From an uncultured Bacteroidia bacterium (GTDB lineage Bacteria > CAIWAD01 > BS150m-G50), in the NCBI GenBank assembly GCA_964501185.1, contig CAZCRT010000002.1, positions 40,080 to 104,079 of the forward strand: 64,000 nt of DNA, read 5' to 3'. Under the pieces are notes generated by a model. The model made no database searches, was not told the origin of the DNA, and saw only the letters and a list, made by a program, of their open reading frames with translations. Position numbers and translations under genes: made by a program. Of the stretch, positions 38,284 through 48,224 are shown piece after piece. The first letter of the stretch is position 1. The number at the start of each line of letters is the position of its first letter.

Positions 38284-39762
38284 ATGGCATTGATTGGTGT
38301 ATATATCGAGAACAGCCGTGGTTGGCAGAGTGAAATTGAATACGCCCTCAAGTTCCTGCTTAATGCTGCCGGTGTGCGCTATCAGCTGGTGAAAAACCTG
38401 CATGAGTTGCACTCCTTTGAGCGGGTGCTGATTCATGGTGAAGTTGAAAAAGAATCATACGCCACGCTCGAAAACAGTATTGTGCTCTACATCCCCTCCC
38501 TGATTCATCTTGACGACCTCTGTTATGTCACTACCAGCTACCGTGAGAAACCGGTCGATATATATGGCCCTTATATTGAGTATGACACTGTACCGGGGTA
38601 TCCCTACAGTTATCTCGATGGGGGTTGTCCTGTCAATATTCAGGTCGGGGGTAGCGGAACCTATATCAAGCTGGGCTGGGATCTTATCGGTACCACCTTT
38701 CACCTTTTGAATCTGACCTGGGAGCGGAATAACTCTGGCAGGGAGGCTGTAGAACCTCCACAACCGGAAGCCACTCTCAAGCAGCCGACAGTTGACCGCT
38801 ATATTCTCCATCTGGAGGAACTCCTGGATCTCTATCACGCGGATGTAGAGCGTGTGAAAAGATGGCCGGGTGAATTCCGCTTCGCGGTTGCACTGACCCA
38901 TGATGTGGACATGCTGCAGAAGTGGCGCTGGCGTAGCCGCCTGAAATGGACAGCACGGTTGCCGATTGATATCTGGCGTAACCGGGAGCAGCTGCGTAGT
39001 GATTGGGAGGAGATCCGGAGTGATCGAGACCCATGGGATAATTGTCATGATGTTCTATCACTTGAACAGAAGCATGGTTTCACCAGTAGCTGGTTCTTCC
39101 TTACTGAAGCACGGGATCATCAGACCTGGCGCTATAAGATCAACAGTCACAGGGCGCGTGCCGCTGTGGATGACGTACGGCAGGCGGGTGGTGAAATCGC
39201 ATTGCATGGTGGTTACAGGCAGCCGCACACCCTGTCGCGCTTTCTGGATCAGAAACAACAGCTGGAGCGGGTACTGGGACGTGAACTGCAGGGCGTCAGG
39301 CAACACTGGCTAAAATACTCCCTGGCTAAAACTGCAGATGCGCAGGCGAGGGCAGGACTGTCATATGACAGCAGTCTGGGTTGGAATCACGCAGCTGGCT
39401 ACCGCAGTGGAACTTCCCTGCCGTATAAAGTCTTCGATCCTCTTTCAAAACAGGAAACCGACTTCTACGAGATACCGTTGATCTTCATGGACACAGCACT
39501 GTTTTTGCAGGCAGGTTTGTCACCGGAGGAGGTGAGCACTGTTTTGAGTGATCTGCTTGACAGAACTGAGAAGGTCGGTGGCCTGCTGACAGTACTGTTC
39601 CATAATCACTACTTTTATGAACAGGACTTTCCCGGCTGGAAGGAAACCTACAGCCGCTTTCTGGAAGAGGTAAAGGAGCGTTCCGCCTGGGTAGATACCA
39701 TGCGAAATATCTACAGGCGCTGGCGCAGACGCAGTCGCCTGCTGGAGGAGAGTGAGGAGTGA
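38284..39762 (+). CDS. polysaccharide deacetylase-like (NodB/CE4-like) protein, putative
   Basis: FAVALTHDVDML resembles the CE4 TFDDG-type motif 1. Cytoplasmic. 492 aa. Confidence 0.35.
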   Translation: MALIGVYIENSRGWQSEIEYALKFLLNAAGVRYQLVKNLHELHSFERVLIHGEVEKESYATLENSIVLYIPSLIHLDDLCYVTTSYREKPVDIYGPYIEYDTVPGYPYSYLDGGCPVNIQVGGSGTYIKLGWDLIGTTFHLLNLTWERNNSGREAVEPPQPEATLKQPTVDRYILHLEELLDLYHADVERVKRWPGEFRFAVALTHDVDMLQKWRWRSRLKWTARLPIDIWRNREQLRSDWEEIRSDRDPWDNCHDVLSLEQKHGFTSSWFFLTEARDHQTWRYKINSHRARAAVDDVRQAGGEIALHGGYRQPHTLSRFLDQKQQLERVLGRELQGVRQHWLKYSLAKTADAQARAGLSYDSSLGWNHAAGYRSGTSLPYKVFDPLSKQETDFYEIPLIFMDTALFLQAGLSPEEVSTVLSDLLDRTEKVGGLLTVLFHNHYFYEQDFPGWKETYSRFLEEVKERSAWVDTMRNIYRRWRRRSRLLEESEE

Positions 39763-40877
39763 GGAAACGGATTGCTATAGCTATCCTCTCAGATCTGTAT
39801 CACGAAACCCGCCTGCTCCGTATGGTGGAGTCGCTTCAGCATGCAGGCTGGCAGGTTACCATCATCTCCGCGGCAGCTGCCGATGGTGAGCACCCCTTCA
39901 GGGATGTAGAGTTTGTTCAGATCCATCTGAAGTCGCGCCCCCGTTTGAAACGGGTGTTCCTGTCGTTTATGTGGCAGCTTTACCGGGTTGCAGGACGACT
40001 GGATATGGATTGTTTTCTGGCGGTTGATCCTCCCGCGCTCTTTCCAATGGCTCTTCGTAAAGGTTGCCGTCCGCTGATTTATGATTCCAGGGAATACTAT
40101 ATTGAACTGGGATCAGTAATCAATCGGCCGATGATCAGACGCTTCTGGCTACTGCTGGAACGCTTTGGTATCAGACGGTCTGACCGGTGGCTGACGGTCT
40201 GCACCGGCATCGAGCAGGAGCTGCGGCATTTGTACGGTATTCCTCCCGGCCAGGTTGTCCGCAATGTTCCCCGGATGCTGTCATCACCGGTCAGGTCTGG
40301 CTACCTGAGAGAGTACTTTGCCATTCCTGCTGACAGGTCCATTCTGCTTTACCAGGGAGGGCTCTGGGCAGCCTACGATTTTGAGCAACTGAATAGAGCC
40401 ATAGTGCAGATGCCGGAGACGGTTCTGATTTATCTCGGAGACGGTCCATTGCTGAAACCCATGCAGGAGTGGGTTGAGGATCACAATGCCGACGAGCAGA
40501 TACTCTTTCATCCGCGGGTTGTGCCACAACGACTGCCGGAGATTACCTCTTCAGCTGACGCCGGGGTAATTCTCATCCCACCTGTTGGTAAGTCCTTCTG
40601 GTACCTGCTGCCCAACAAACTGTTTGAGTTTATACAGGCTGGTTTACCGGTGCTGGTCTCCAATTTTCCGGAGATGGAGCAACTGGTGAAGGAGTACCGG
40701 ATTGGCTATTCTGTTGACCCGACTGACAGTGCAGCGATTCAGAAGTCATTGCAGGAGCTGCTGGTTGCTGTCAGGAATCATGAATTCAGTGATGGCCTGG
40801 AACGGGCCGCGCGGGAGCTTAACTGGGAAAGGGAAGAAGTTGCCTTCATGCAGGTTGTGAGACAATTATGCGATTGA
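39759..40877 (+). CDS. glycosyltransferase (GT-B fold, GT4-like), putative
   Basis: C-terminal LPNKLFEFIQAGLPVLVS resembles the GT4 donor-binding EX7E region. 4-nt overlap with the upstream gene. Confidence 0.45.
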   Translation: MRKRIAIAILSDLYHETRLLRMVESLQHAGWQVTIISAAAADGEHPFRDVEFVQIHLKSRPRLKRVFLSFMWQLYRVAGRLDMDCFLAVDPPALFPMALRKGCRPLIYDSREYYIELGSVINRPMIRRFWLLLERFGIRRSDRWLTVCTGIEQELRHLYGIPPGQVVRNVPRMLSSPVRSGYLREYFAIPADRSILLYQGGLWAAYDFEQLNRAIVQMPETVLIYLGDGPLLKPMQEWVEDHNADEQILFHPRVVPQRLPEITSSADAGVILIPPVGKSFWYLLPNKLFEFIQAGLPVLVSNFPEMEQLVKEYRIGYSVDPTDSAAIQKSLQELLVAVRNHEFSDGLERAARELNWEREEVAFMQVVRQLCD

Positions 40878-41779
40878 GTGTTGTAATACCCAGCTGGAAC
40901 GATCTGCCACAGTTGAAGCGTTGTCTCACATCACTGCGTCAGCAGGATCTTACCCGCGAGCAATTTCAGATTGTAATTGTTGACGATGGTTCCACAGATG
41001 GCACAGCTGACTGGTTACGCAGGCAGAGTGATGTCACCGCAGTAGTACTGGAGCATAACAGTGGCAGGTCAGCAGCCCGTAATGCCGGTTTACGTCAGGC
41101 AACAGGTGAGCAGATTGTATTTCTGGATGCCGACCTGACAGTGCCGGAAGACTACCTGAGTACACACCTGGAGCAGGCTGAGAGTGGTGTGGTTTCACTG
41201 GGCAGAATACGTTTTGCTGAAGATAGTGGCCGGACCGGTTTCCAGCGCTACATGGAAACACGCGGTGCCTTCAAGCACCGGGATGGCAGCAGCCTGCCAC
41301 CCCGCTACTTTGTAACCTGTAATGCCATGGTACCACATGTGCTACTGGATAGTGTTGATGGTTTTGATGAAAGGATGCGCCAATGGGGTGGAGAGGATAT
41401 GGATATGGGGCTGCGTCTGGCACAAAAGGGTGCCCGTTTCAGTTTCAACAGCCGGGCGCTGGCTTATCATCATCAGCAGCGGAGTTTTGAAAATCACCTG
41501 AGAAACATGGAAGTATTCGGTCAGCATAACCTGCCGTTGCTTCTGGACAGGCATCCCGGTCTGACTCATGAACTGCAGGTCCAATTGCTGCAGCCGGGTG
41601 GAAGTCTGCCGCTGCGCCTGTTATTCTGGAGTGGCTTGAGCGGATGTCTGCTCTCCCTGCTCAGGTGGATGGAAAAAGTATTGCGGAGCAGGCGCCTGCC
41701 CGATAGGTTATACGATCTGGCGATATTTCTGGCAACTGCAAGAGGGCTGAAAAGGGGGACAGATGGCAAAACTGATTGA
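40868..41779 (+). CDS. family 2 glycosyltransferase
   Basis: [21 protein letters not shown]...[12 protein letters not shown]...FLDAD (DxD) GT-A signature. Confidence 0.75.
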   Translation: MRLSVVIPSWNDLPQLKRCLTSLRQQDLTREQFQIVIVDDGSTDGTADWLRRQSDVTAVVLEHNSGRSAARNAGLRQATGEQIVFLDADLTVPEDYLSTHLEQAESGVVSLGRIRFAEDSGRTGFQRYMETRGAFKHRDGSSLPPRYFVTCNAMVPHVLLDSVDGFDERMRQWGGEDMDMGLRLAQKGARFSFNSRALAYHHQQRSFENHLRNMEVFGQHNLPLLLDRHPGLTHELQVQLLQPGGSLPLRLLFWSGLSGCLLSLLRWMEKVLRSRRLPDRLYDLAIFLATARGLKRGTDGKTD

Positions 41780-42644
41780 TGGCAAAAAAATCAGCCTGGA
41801 AGTACGGGAAGAGATAGCCCGGCAGGTTGAAGAATTACAGCAACAGGGTGTTACCCCTGGATTGACTGCCATTCTGGTAGGCGATGATCCCGCATCCATG
41901 GTTTATGTACGCAGTAAGGAGAAAGCCTGTGCGAAAGCTGGCATGACATCCAACGTCATCCGTCTGTCAGCTGATGTATCGCAGCAGGGGCTGGAGGCCG
42001 TTGTTGATGAACAGAATGCCAGGGATGATGTACATGGTATTCTGGTTCAATTGCCACTACCTGATCACCTCGACGAGCAGCGCATAATCAACAGAATTCT
42101 CCCTGCCAAAGATGTGGACGGCTTTCATCCTCAGAGTATTGGCAATCTGCTGCTCGAACAGCCTGGCTTTATTCCGGCTACACCCTTCGGGATCATGGAA
42201 TTGTTCAAACGCAATGGAATTACTACCCGTGGCAAACAGGTGGTTATTGTCGGGCGCAGCCATATTGTGGGAAAACCGATGGCAGCTCTCTTAATGCAGA
42301 AGGGTGAACAGGGTGATGCTACAGTAACCGTCTGCCATTCAAGAACAGGCAATCTCGCTGAAGTTATTCGCGGCGCCGATATTCTGATTGCTGCAATCGG
42401 CCGTCCGGAAATGATTCGTGGTGACATGGTCAAGCCGGGAGCGGTAGTTATTGATGTCGGAATCAACCGGGTGGAGGATGCGACCCGCAAGAGGGGATAC
42501 CGCCTGGTTGGGGATGTGGCATTCAATGAGGTGGAACCGCTGGCCAGTGCGATAACACCTGTGCCCGGTGGTGTCGGTCCCATGACTATTGCCATGCTGC
42601 TGAAAAATACACTGCAGGCTGCCCGTATGCTGGAGGCAAAGTGA
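41763..42644 (+). CDS. folD: bifunctional methylenetetrahydrofolate dehydrogenase/cyclohydrolase
   Basis: [11 protein letters not shown]-terminus, [29 protein letters not shown] conserved motifs. Confidence 0.9.
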   Translation: MAKLIDGKKISLEVREEIARQVEELQQQGVTPGLTAILVGDDPASMVYVRSKEKACAKAGMTSNVIRLSADVSQQGLEAVVDEQNARDDVHGILVQLPLPDHLDEQRIINRILPAKDVDGFHPQSIGNLLLEQPGFIPATPFGIMELFKRNGITTRGKQVVIVGRSHIVGKPMAALLMQKGEQGDATVTVCHSRTGNLAEVIRGADILIAAIGRPEMIRGDMVKPGAVVIDVGINRVEDATRKRGYRLVGDVAFNEVEPLASAITPVPGGVGPMTIAMLLKNTLQAARMLEAK

Positions 42645-43450
42645 GCCAGAAAAGTGGACTCGGTAATCTTGGCCAGCGTGTATTGATAGCTGTTGTGGGA
42701 ATACCGCTGCTACTGGCAGCGCTGTATTACAGTAGCTGGATGCTGGTGACGGCACTGATTCTCACAGTTGCAGCCACTCTGGAAATGCTGGCTTTATGGG
42801 GAAAAGGGAAAACTACCCCCAATCCGCTGGCACCGCTGCTCACCGCGATTCTACTGCCGCTTGCTTTTCACTATTTTCCCGGCCAGTTTGATCTGATAAT
42901 TGCAGTGCTGCTGGGCACTTCTGTTATGGCTTTGCTGGTTGAACTCTTTCGCAGTGGCAGTGACTCGCTGCGTACAACCGCCATCTATTATCATATAACC
43001 TGGTTTGCCATCATCCCTCTATCGCTGCTTGTCCCTCTACGTCAGCAACCGCACGGCGTCCACCTGCTGCTGCTGGTTTTCCTGACTGCCTGGGCGATAG
43101 ACACCGGTGCATATTTCGTCGGTAAATCGATCGGCCGTCATAGATTCTTTCCTTCCATAAGCCCTAAAAAGACAGTAGAAGGATGGGTGGGTGGCACTGT
43201 GGTCGGCCTGCTGGTGATCTGGGGCTGCACCTTTTTCATGGAAATGACTTCGCTGACACATTGGAGTACAGGGATTGCCATCCTGCTGTTCGGTCCTGCC
43301 GGTGATCTGGTTGAATCCCGTTTCAAACGGGCTGCCGGGATCAAGGATGTCTCACGATTCCTGCCCGGTCACGGCGGTTTTCTCGACCGTTTCGACACGA
43401 TTACACTGGCTTTGCCGGTTGTTTATCTACTGCAGCTACTTAAACTATAG
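42641..43450 (+). CDS. cdsA: phosphatidate cytidylyltransferase
   Basis: [42 protein letters not shown]-transferase signature. Multi-TM. GTG start overlaps folD stop. Confidence 0.85.
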   Translation: MSQKSGLGNLGQRVLIAVVGIPLLLAALYYSSWMLVTALILTVAATLEMLALWGKGKTTPNPLAPLLTAILLPLAFHYFPGQFDLIIAVLLGTSVMALLVELFRSGSDSLRTTAIYYHITWFAIIPLSLLVPLRQQPHGVHLLLLVFLTAWAIDTGAYFVGKSIGRHRFFPSISPKKTVEGWVGGTVVGLLVIWGCTFFMEMTSLTHWSTGIAILLFGPAGDLVESRFKRAAGIKDVSRFLPGHGGFLDRFDTITLALPVVYLLQLLKL

Positions 43451-43857
43451 GTTTAAGTAATGCGCCATTACTATTGCCTGAAGCAAGCAGTTCCAGGTCA
43501 TTTACTACATGCACTGGATCCCGAATAAGAACCTCGCCTCGGCATATACCTGTGCCAATTCATGCTGAGTACTCACCGAAAATGCCAATTTGCTAACACA
43601 CTGTAAATGTAGCATATACGCCAATCTGGGGTCGGACCAAGCTTTGTTGTTGTAATTTATTGAATTACATGCACAAAAGAGGGCAAATTACCCTGTTATC
43701 GGCCCTTTTTATACCCCAAAATCGCTGCATTTAGAAGACACTGTATTCACAGGGGTTACATGTATCATGTGTTGTAGGAAAGCGAAACTAAGTTTGCAAT
43801 TGGAGTTGAGGGAATATTGAGAAGCAGTACACTGGATACAGGCAGGTCTGTAACAGG

Positions 43858-43892
43858 CACAGAAGGCGTGACCGTTTTTCAACGATCACGCC
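43858..43892 (-). terminator. hairpin terminator downstream of flagellin (minus strand)
   Basis: Minus-strand RNA GGCGUGA-u-CGUU-GAAA-AACG-g-UCACGCC followed by UUCUGUG. That is a 7+4 bp stem with a GNRA tetraloop about 30 nt after the flagellin stop. The U-tract is weak. Confidence 0.45.
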
Positions 43893-43921
43893 CTGGAAGA
43901 ACCACTTTTCAGGATCAGCTG

Positions 43922-44764
43922 TTAGCCGATCAGACTGGATACAATCGCCGGTAGCTGATTGGCCTGAGCCAGCATTGAAACACCGGACTGCATCAGGATC
44001 TGTGACCTGACGAAGGCGGACATTTCAGATGCGATATCAGCGTCACGAATCTGCGACTCTGACGATGTGGCGGTTTCCTGTGATACCTGAAGATTCAGGA
44101 TGGTTTTGTGCAACCGCTCAACATAAGAACCCAGGCGTGTACGCTCAGTTACCTTGATGTTAATAGCAGAGTCAATGATGTCGATTGCACTCTGCGCATT
44201 GGCAGTCGTTGTCAGCAGGACACTGTTACCCAATCCCAGTCCACTGGCAGTCATATCCGCGAGGTTGATGTAGTAGAAATCCTCATTGGATACGTTGTAG
44301 GTTCCAATGTGCAACTTGATGCCTGTAGTTCCTGTAGAGTAGGTTCCGTCAAGCAGTTGCAGACCGTTGTAGTTGGTCACATTAGCTATACGGGTAATCT
44401 CACTCTTAAGCTGCTGGAATTCTACATCAAGATAGGAACGATCAAGCGAAGTCAGCGTACCATTGGATGCCTGGATGGCAAGCGCGCGCAGACGGATAAG
44501 CTTCTCGTCGATTACAGACAGCGCACCTTCTGCTGTAGCCAGCAGATTGATACCATAGTTAGCGTTACGTTCCGCCTCTACCATACTGGCAATCTGAGCG
44601 CGGAACTTCTCAGATACAGCCAGTCCGGCCGGATCCTCCCAGGCGTTGTTGATACGAAGTCCTGAAGAAAGCCGATTAACAGCCTGGTCCATGGACAACT
44701 GATTTCGCCAGAGATTTCGATGTGCAGTCATTGCTAACACATTGTGATTGATTCTCATACTCAT
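43922..44764 (-). CDS. flagellin (short, FlaB-like, about 280 aa)
   Basis: N-terminus RINHNVLAMTAHRNL...LSSGLRINNAWEDPAGLAVSEKFRAQI and C-terminus SQILMQSGVSMLAQANQLP are conserved flagellin D0/D1 segments. GGGAGA SD. Confidence 0.85.
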   Translation of the reverse strand: MSMRINHNVLAMTAHRNLWRNQLSMDQAVNRLSSGLRINNAWEDPAGLAVSEKFRAQIASMVEAERNANYGINLLATAEGALSVIDEKLIRLRALAIQASNGTLTSLDRSYLDVEFQQLKSEITRIANVTNYNGLQLLDGTYSTGTTGIKLHIGTYNVSNEDFYYINLADMTASGLGLGNSVLLTTTANAQSAIDIIDSAINIKVTERTRLGSYVERLHKTILNLQVSQETATSSESQIRDADIASEMSAFVRSQILMQSGVSMLAQANQLPAIVSSLIG

Positions 44765-44843
44765 GGCATTCTCCCGTGGTTCTATCCTCTGTGGTTCATT
44801 TTGTTTTCAATTCGTAAACGCATAAGTGCGCTTCCACTATTGT

Positions 44844-44870
44844 TTATCGTGAGGTCCCGGAAAAACTTTA
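44844..44870 (-). promoter_or_regulatory. sigma-28 (FliA)-type promoter for the flagellin gene
   Basis: Minus strand reads TAAAGTTT-N11-CACGATAA, that is TAAA-N15-CACGATAA against consensus TAAA-N15-GCCGATAA. It ends about 80 nt upstream of the flagellin ATG. Confidence 0.55.
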
Positions 44871-45366
44871 ATTTGATCTTGAGTGATCTGTAACAGCAAT
44901 AATAACAAGGGTGGAGGAAAGTGCAGATATTCTTCCAGGCTGCGAATTCAATACTGAAATACTGGATGTTTTAGCATTCTGGCCGGAATCGGGGAGAAAT
45001 CGGTGTGAATGGGGTCGTTTATGATCGATTATTTCGCTTGCGTTGATATATAACATGATGAAGTCATTCCCGCGCGTCTCGAAACCCAGGTCTCGCTTCA
45101 GGGGCGGGGATGACATAAGCAGTATGCGAATTACATTTAGTTTCGGCGGGATTGTAAAGAATTGAGAATGTTGAACGGTTACCCTCAGTAACAGATGCAT
45201 AAGTTCAGTACGCTGCAGAGAAACTGGCAACAAAGATGACCGATGCACAGGCTGACTTTGTTAAGAGTACATTATTAAAGAGCATCAGTATATATTTTGT
45301 GAACCAATTCAGGATAACCAGTTGCCCGGAGACAGATTGCCAGTAGCAGATAACAGTGACAACGCT

Positions 45367-47595
45367 ATGTATCAGATGATTGCGAGCGATTTGAAGCTCA
45401 AAGTACAACAGGTTCAGCAGACCATTGCGCTGCTGGAGGAGGGGGACACTGTTCCCTTCATAACCCGCTACAGGCGGGAAGTAACCGGTGGTCTTGACGA
45501 AGAGATGATACGGAAGATTGAACTGCTGCTTGAGTGTGAGCAGAAACTGGCAGCCCGCAAGCTGCATATCGAAGGTGTCATCCGTAAACAGGATAAGTGG
45601 ACCGATGAACTTGCCGGGCAGCTCGGACGGATCACTGATGCAATAACGCTGGAAGATCTTTATCAACCTTACAAACCGCTCCGTCGTTCCCGTGAACGGC
45701 AGGCTCTACAGGCCGGTCTGGGAGATGCTGCTCTCCTGATGTGGCAGGCCTGTTTCCGGATGCCATCACCGGAGCAGGAGTTTTCCGGTGATAAGATTGC
45801 AACAATGGAGCAGGGGGTAGCGCATTTCATCCGTGATCCATACAGAACCGCACTGCTGTTTGATAACACTGACCATAATGCAGAGGAAGCATTTTCCGGT
45901 GTGGCCGATATCGTTGCCGCCTGGATCAGTACCACTCCTGTTTTACGGCAGGAACTGCGCAGACATCTCTGGCGAAGGGGGCAGCTTGAGTCACGACCGG
46001 CCAGGAAAAGTTCCACCACCGAAAGCAGGCACACAGATCAGCAGGAGGCTGCCAAATTCCGTCACTTTCTTGAATACTCGGAGCAGGCTTCCCATGTTCC
46101 ACCACATAGACTGCTGGCACTGAATCGGGGAGAGAAGCTGGGCGTGCTGCAGGTGAAACTTGTCCATCCCGGTTTTGATCCGCTGGTGACTATCAAACAG
46201 ATACTGAAGGTCCATAAAGAAGCGGCAGCATTCCCCTGGCTGGAGTCGGTGATAAAGGACAGCTGGCAACGCCTGCTCTTCCCCGCACTGACACGGGATA
46301 TTCGTCGGAGCCTGAGTGATACTGCCTGGACACACAGCTACCAGGTATACGGCCGGAATTTGAAGCAGCTGTTGATGCAGGCACCGCTTACCGACAGGGT
46401 GATCCTGGGAATTGATCCTGGTTTTCGCAGCGGGTGTAAAACGGCTGTTGTTGACTCAACCGGAAAATATCTCGAAGGCGGCGTTATCTATCCACATGCC
46501 CCGCAGTTGCGTCAGACTGAAGCAAAACTGGTACTCGCGCGGCTGGTTGATGACTACCAGGTTGACTGTATTGCTATCGGGAATGGCACTGCCTGCCGGG
46601 AGACAGAGGAGCTGGTGGCTGAAATGATCGAGGAAACAGAGTTGCCGGTTGTCTGGACAACAGTTTCAGAAGCAGGTGCTTCAGTATACTCTACTTCTGA
46701 AGCCGCCCGTGCGGAGTTTCCCGAACTGGAAGCAACGCAACGGGGAAACATCTCGATTGCCCGTCGATTACTCGACCCGCTTGCAGAGTTGATCAAAATT
46801 GATCCCTGTGCGCTGGGTGTCGGGCAGTATCAGCATGATGCAGACCAGAAAGAGCTGCAGGGTCATCTGGAAAGGATCGTCGGTGAGACCGTCAGCAGTG
46901 TGGGTGTTAATCTCAACACCGCTTCTGCACAGCTACTGGCATTTGTGGCCGGGTTGAAGCCGGGCACTGCAAATGCTATCGTCTCACACCGCGACCATGA
47001 GGGTAGATTTAAGACCCGTAACGAACTGATGCAGGTCGCAGGTATCGGTGCTGTTGCGTTCAGGCAGGCAGCAGGCTTTCTACGTATACCCGGTGGTGAC
47101 GAACCACTCGATGATACCGCCATTCATCCTGAGTCATATCCTGTTGTTACTTCCCTGCAGCACAGAACTTCGCTTTCCGGTGCACAACTGGGTGAGTGGC
47201 TGAGCACGCAATCGCACGCAGAGCAGATCGAACTGGCCTCTACTCTGCATGTCGGCCTGCCGACACTTCTGGATATCGCAGATGAATTGCAGAAACCGGG
47301 ACGCGATCCCCGCCATGAATTGCCGGGACCACTTTTTCGCAGTGATATTCTGACCATTGAGGAATTGCAGCCAGGTATTGTTTTAAGTGGCACAGTACGT
47401 AACCTGGTCGATTTTGGTGCATTTATTGATATTGGAATCAAGCAGGACGGACTGCTGCATCTCTCGCAGATGGGAAGGCAGATCCGGCATCCCCTCGATC
47501 TGTTAAGTATTGGTGAGACGGTGACAGTTGAAGTGCTGCAGGTTGACCCTGAGCGTGGCAGGATTTCGTTGAAGCTTACCGGAGGTGGCGGTTGA
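45367..47595 (+). CDS. tex: transcription accessory protein Tex (S1 RNA-binding domain protein)
   Basis: DTVPFITRYRRE N-terminal signature, a YqgF/RNase H-like region, HhH and a C-terminal S1 domain (GIVLSGTVRNLVDFGAFIDIG). Confidence 0.9.
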   Translation: MYQMIASDLKLKVQQVQQTIALLEEGDTVPFITRYRREVTGGLDEEMIRKIELLLECEQKLAARKLHIEGVIRKQDKWTDELAGQLGRITDAITLEDLYQPYKPLRRSRERQALQAGLGDAALLMWQACFRMPSPEQEFSGDKIATMEQGVAHFIRDPYRTALLFDNTDHNAEEAFSGVADIVAAWISTTPVLRQELRRHLWRRGQLESRPARKSSTTESRHTDQQEAAKFRHFLEYSEQASHVPPHRLLALNRGEKLGVLQVKLVHPGFDPLVTIKQILKVHKEAAAFPWLESVIKDSWQRLLFPALTRDIRRSLSDTAWTHSYQVYGRNLKQLLMQAPLTDRVILGIDPGFRSGCKTAVVDSTGKYLEGGVIYPHAPQLRQTEAKLVLARLVDDYQVDCIAIGNGTACRETEELVAEMIEETELPVVWTTVSEAGASVYSTSEAARAEFPELEATQRGNISIARRLLDPLAELIKIDPCALGVGQYQHDADQKELQGHLERIVGETVSSVGVNLNTASAQLLAFVAGLKPGTANAIVSHRDHEGRFKTRNELMQVAGIGAVAFRQAAGFLRIPGGDEPLDDTAIHPESYPVVTSLQHRTSLSGAQLGEWLSTQSHAEQIELASTLHVGLPTLLDIADELQKPGRDPRHELPGPLFRSDILTIEELQPGIVLSGTVRNLVDFGAFIDIGIKQDGLLHLSQMGRQIRHPLDLLSIGETVTVEVLQVDPERGRISLKLTGGGG

Positions 47596-48224
47596 ACACC
47601 CGTCTGTTGACAATACTGCTTTTCACACTGGCTTTGCTCAAGTGTACTCCACATCCGCCGGACACACAGCTGGAGGATCCTGCAGCACTCTTTCTGGCGC
47701 GATATCATGCAGGTCAATATACTCTGGCTGCCGCCTCCTGGGAGGGGCACATAGGTATTGTGACCCGCGAGATCGATCAGCTGGTTTTACCATATCACCT
47801 GGAGTACAGAAATCAATCCCTGTATCTGGCACTGTTTTCACCTTTCGGGACTTTGCTGGGTGAAGTTGAAATCAATGACAATGGCACCATGATTGAATCA
47901 GCCTTACCCGGCTTCTTTGATCTTGAATCGACGTTGGTGGAAATCAGTGCGGATTCACTGGAAATTTCTCCAACAGATGCCTATTCTTATTTCTGGGGAA
48001 TTCCATTTGTCAGGGGATATCTGGATAATCCTGATATCAGTGTCAGTTTTGACAGTAAAAATCTCCCCCGGCGTATTACCATGGATAGTCAGGATGACAG
48101 GGAACTGCAGTACAGATTCAGGGAGATGACAGATGGTTCATTCTGGCCAAAGTCAATCCGCTATCACGATCCCGGGGAGCTGCAGGTTACGATCACTGTA
48201 AAGGAGCCGCAATATGATGACTGA
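47592..48224 (+). CDS. lipoprotein (hypothetical, LolA/LolB-like size)
   Basis: TTG start overlapping tex stop. Signal peptide with lipobox LALLKC. 210 aa. Confidence 0.4.
   Translation: MNTRLLTILLFTLALLKCTPHPPDTQLEDPAALFLARYHAGQYTLAAASWEGHIGIVTREIDQLVLPYHLEYRNQSLYLALFSPFGTLLGEVEINDNGTMIESALPGFFDLESTLVEISADSLEISPTDAYSYFWGIPFVRGYLDNPDISVSFDSKNLPRRITMDSQDDRELQYRFREMTDGSFWPKSIRYHDPGELQVTITVKEPQYDD

Noticed and set aside
43681-43710. Listing GGGC-loop-GCCC-UUUUU as a terminator feature
   Set aside because: The stem is only 4-5 bp with a long loop. It is kept only as a note within a finding.
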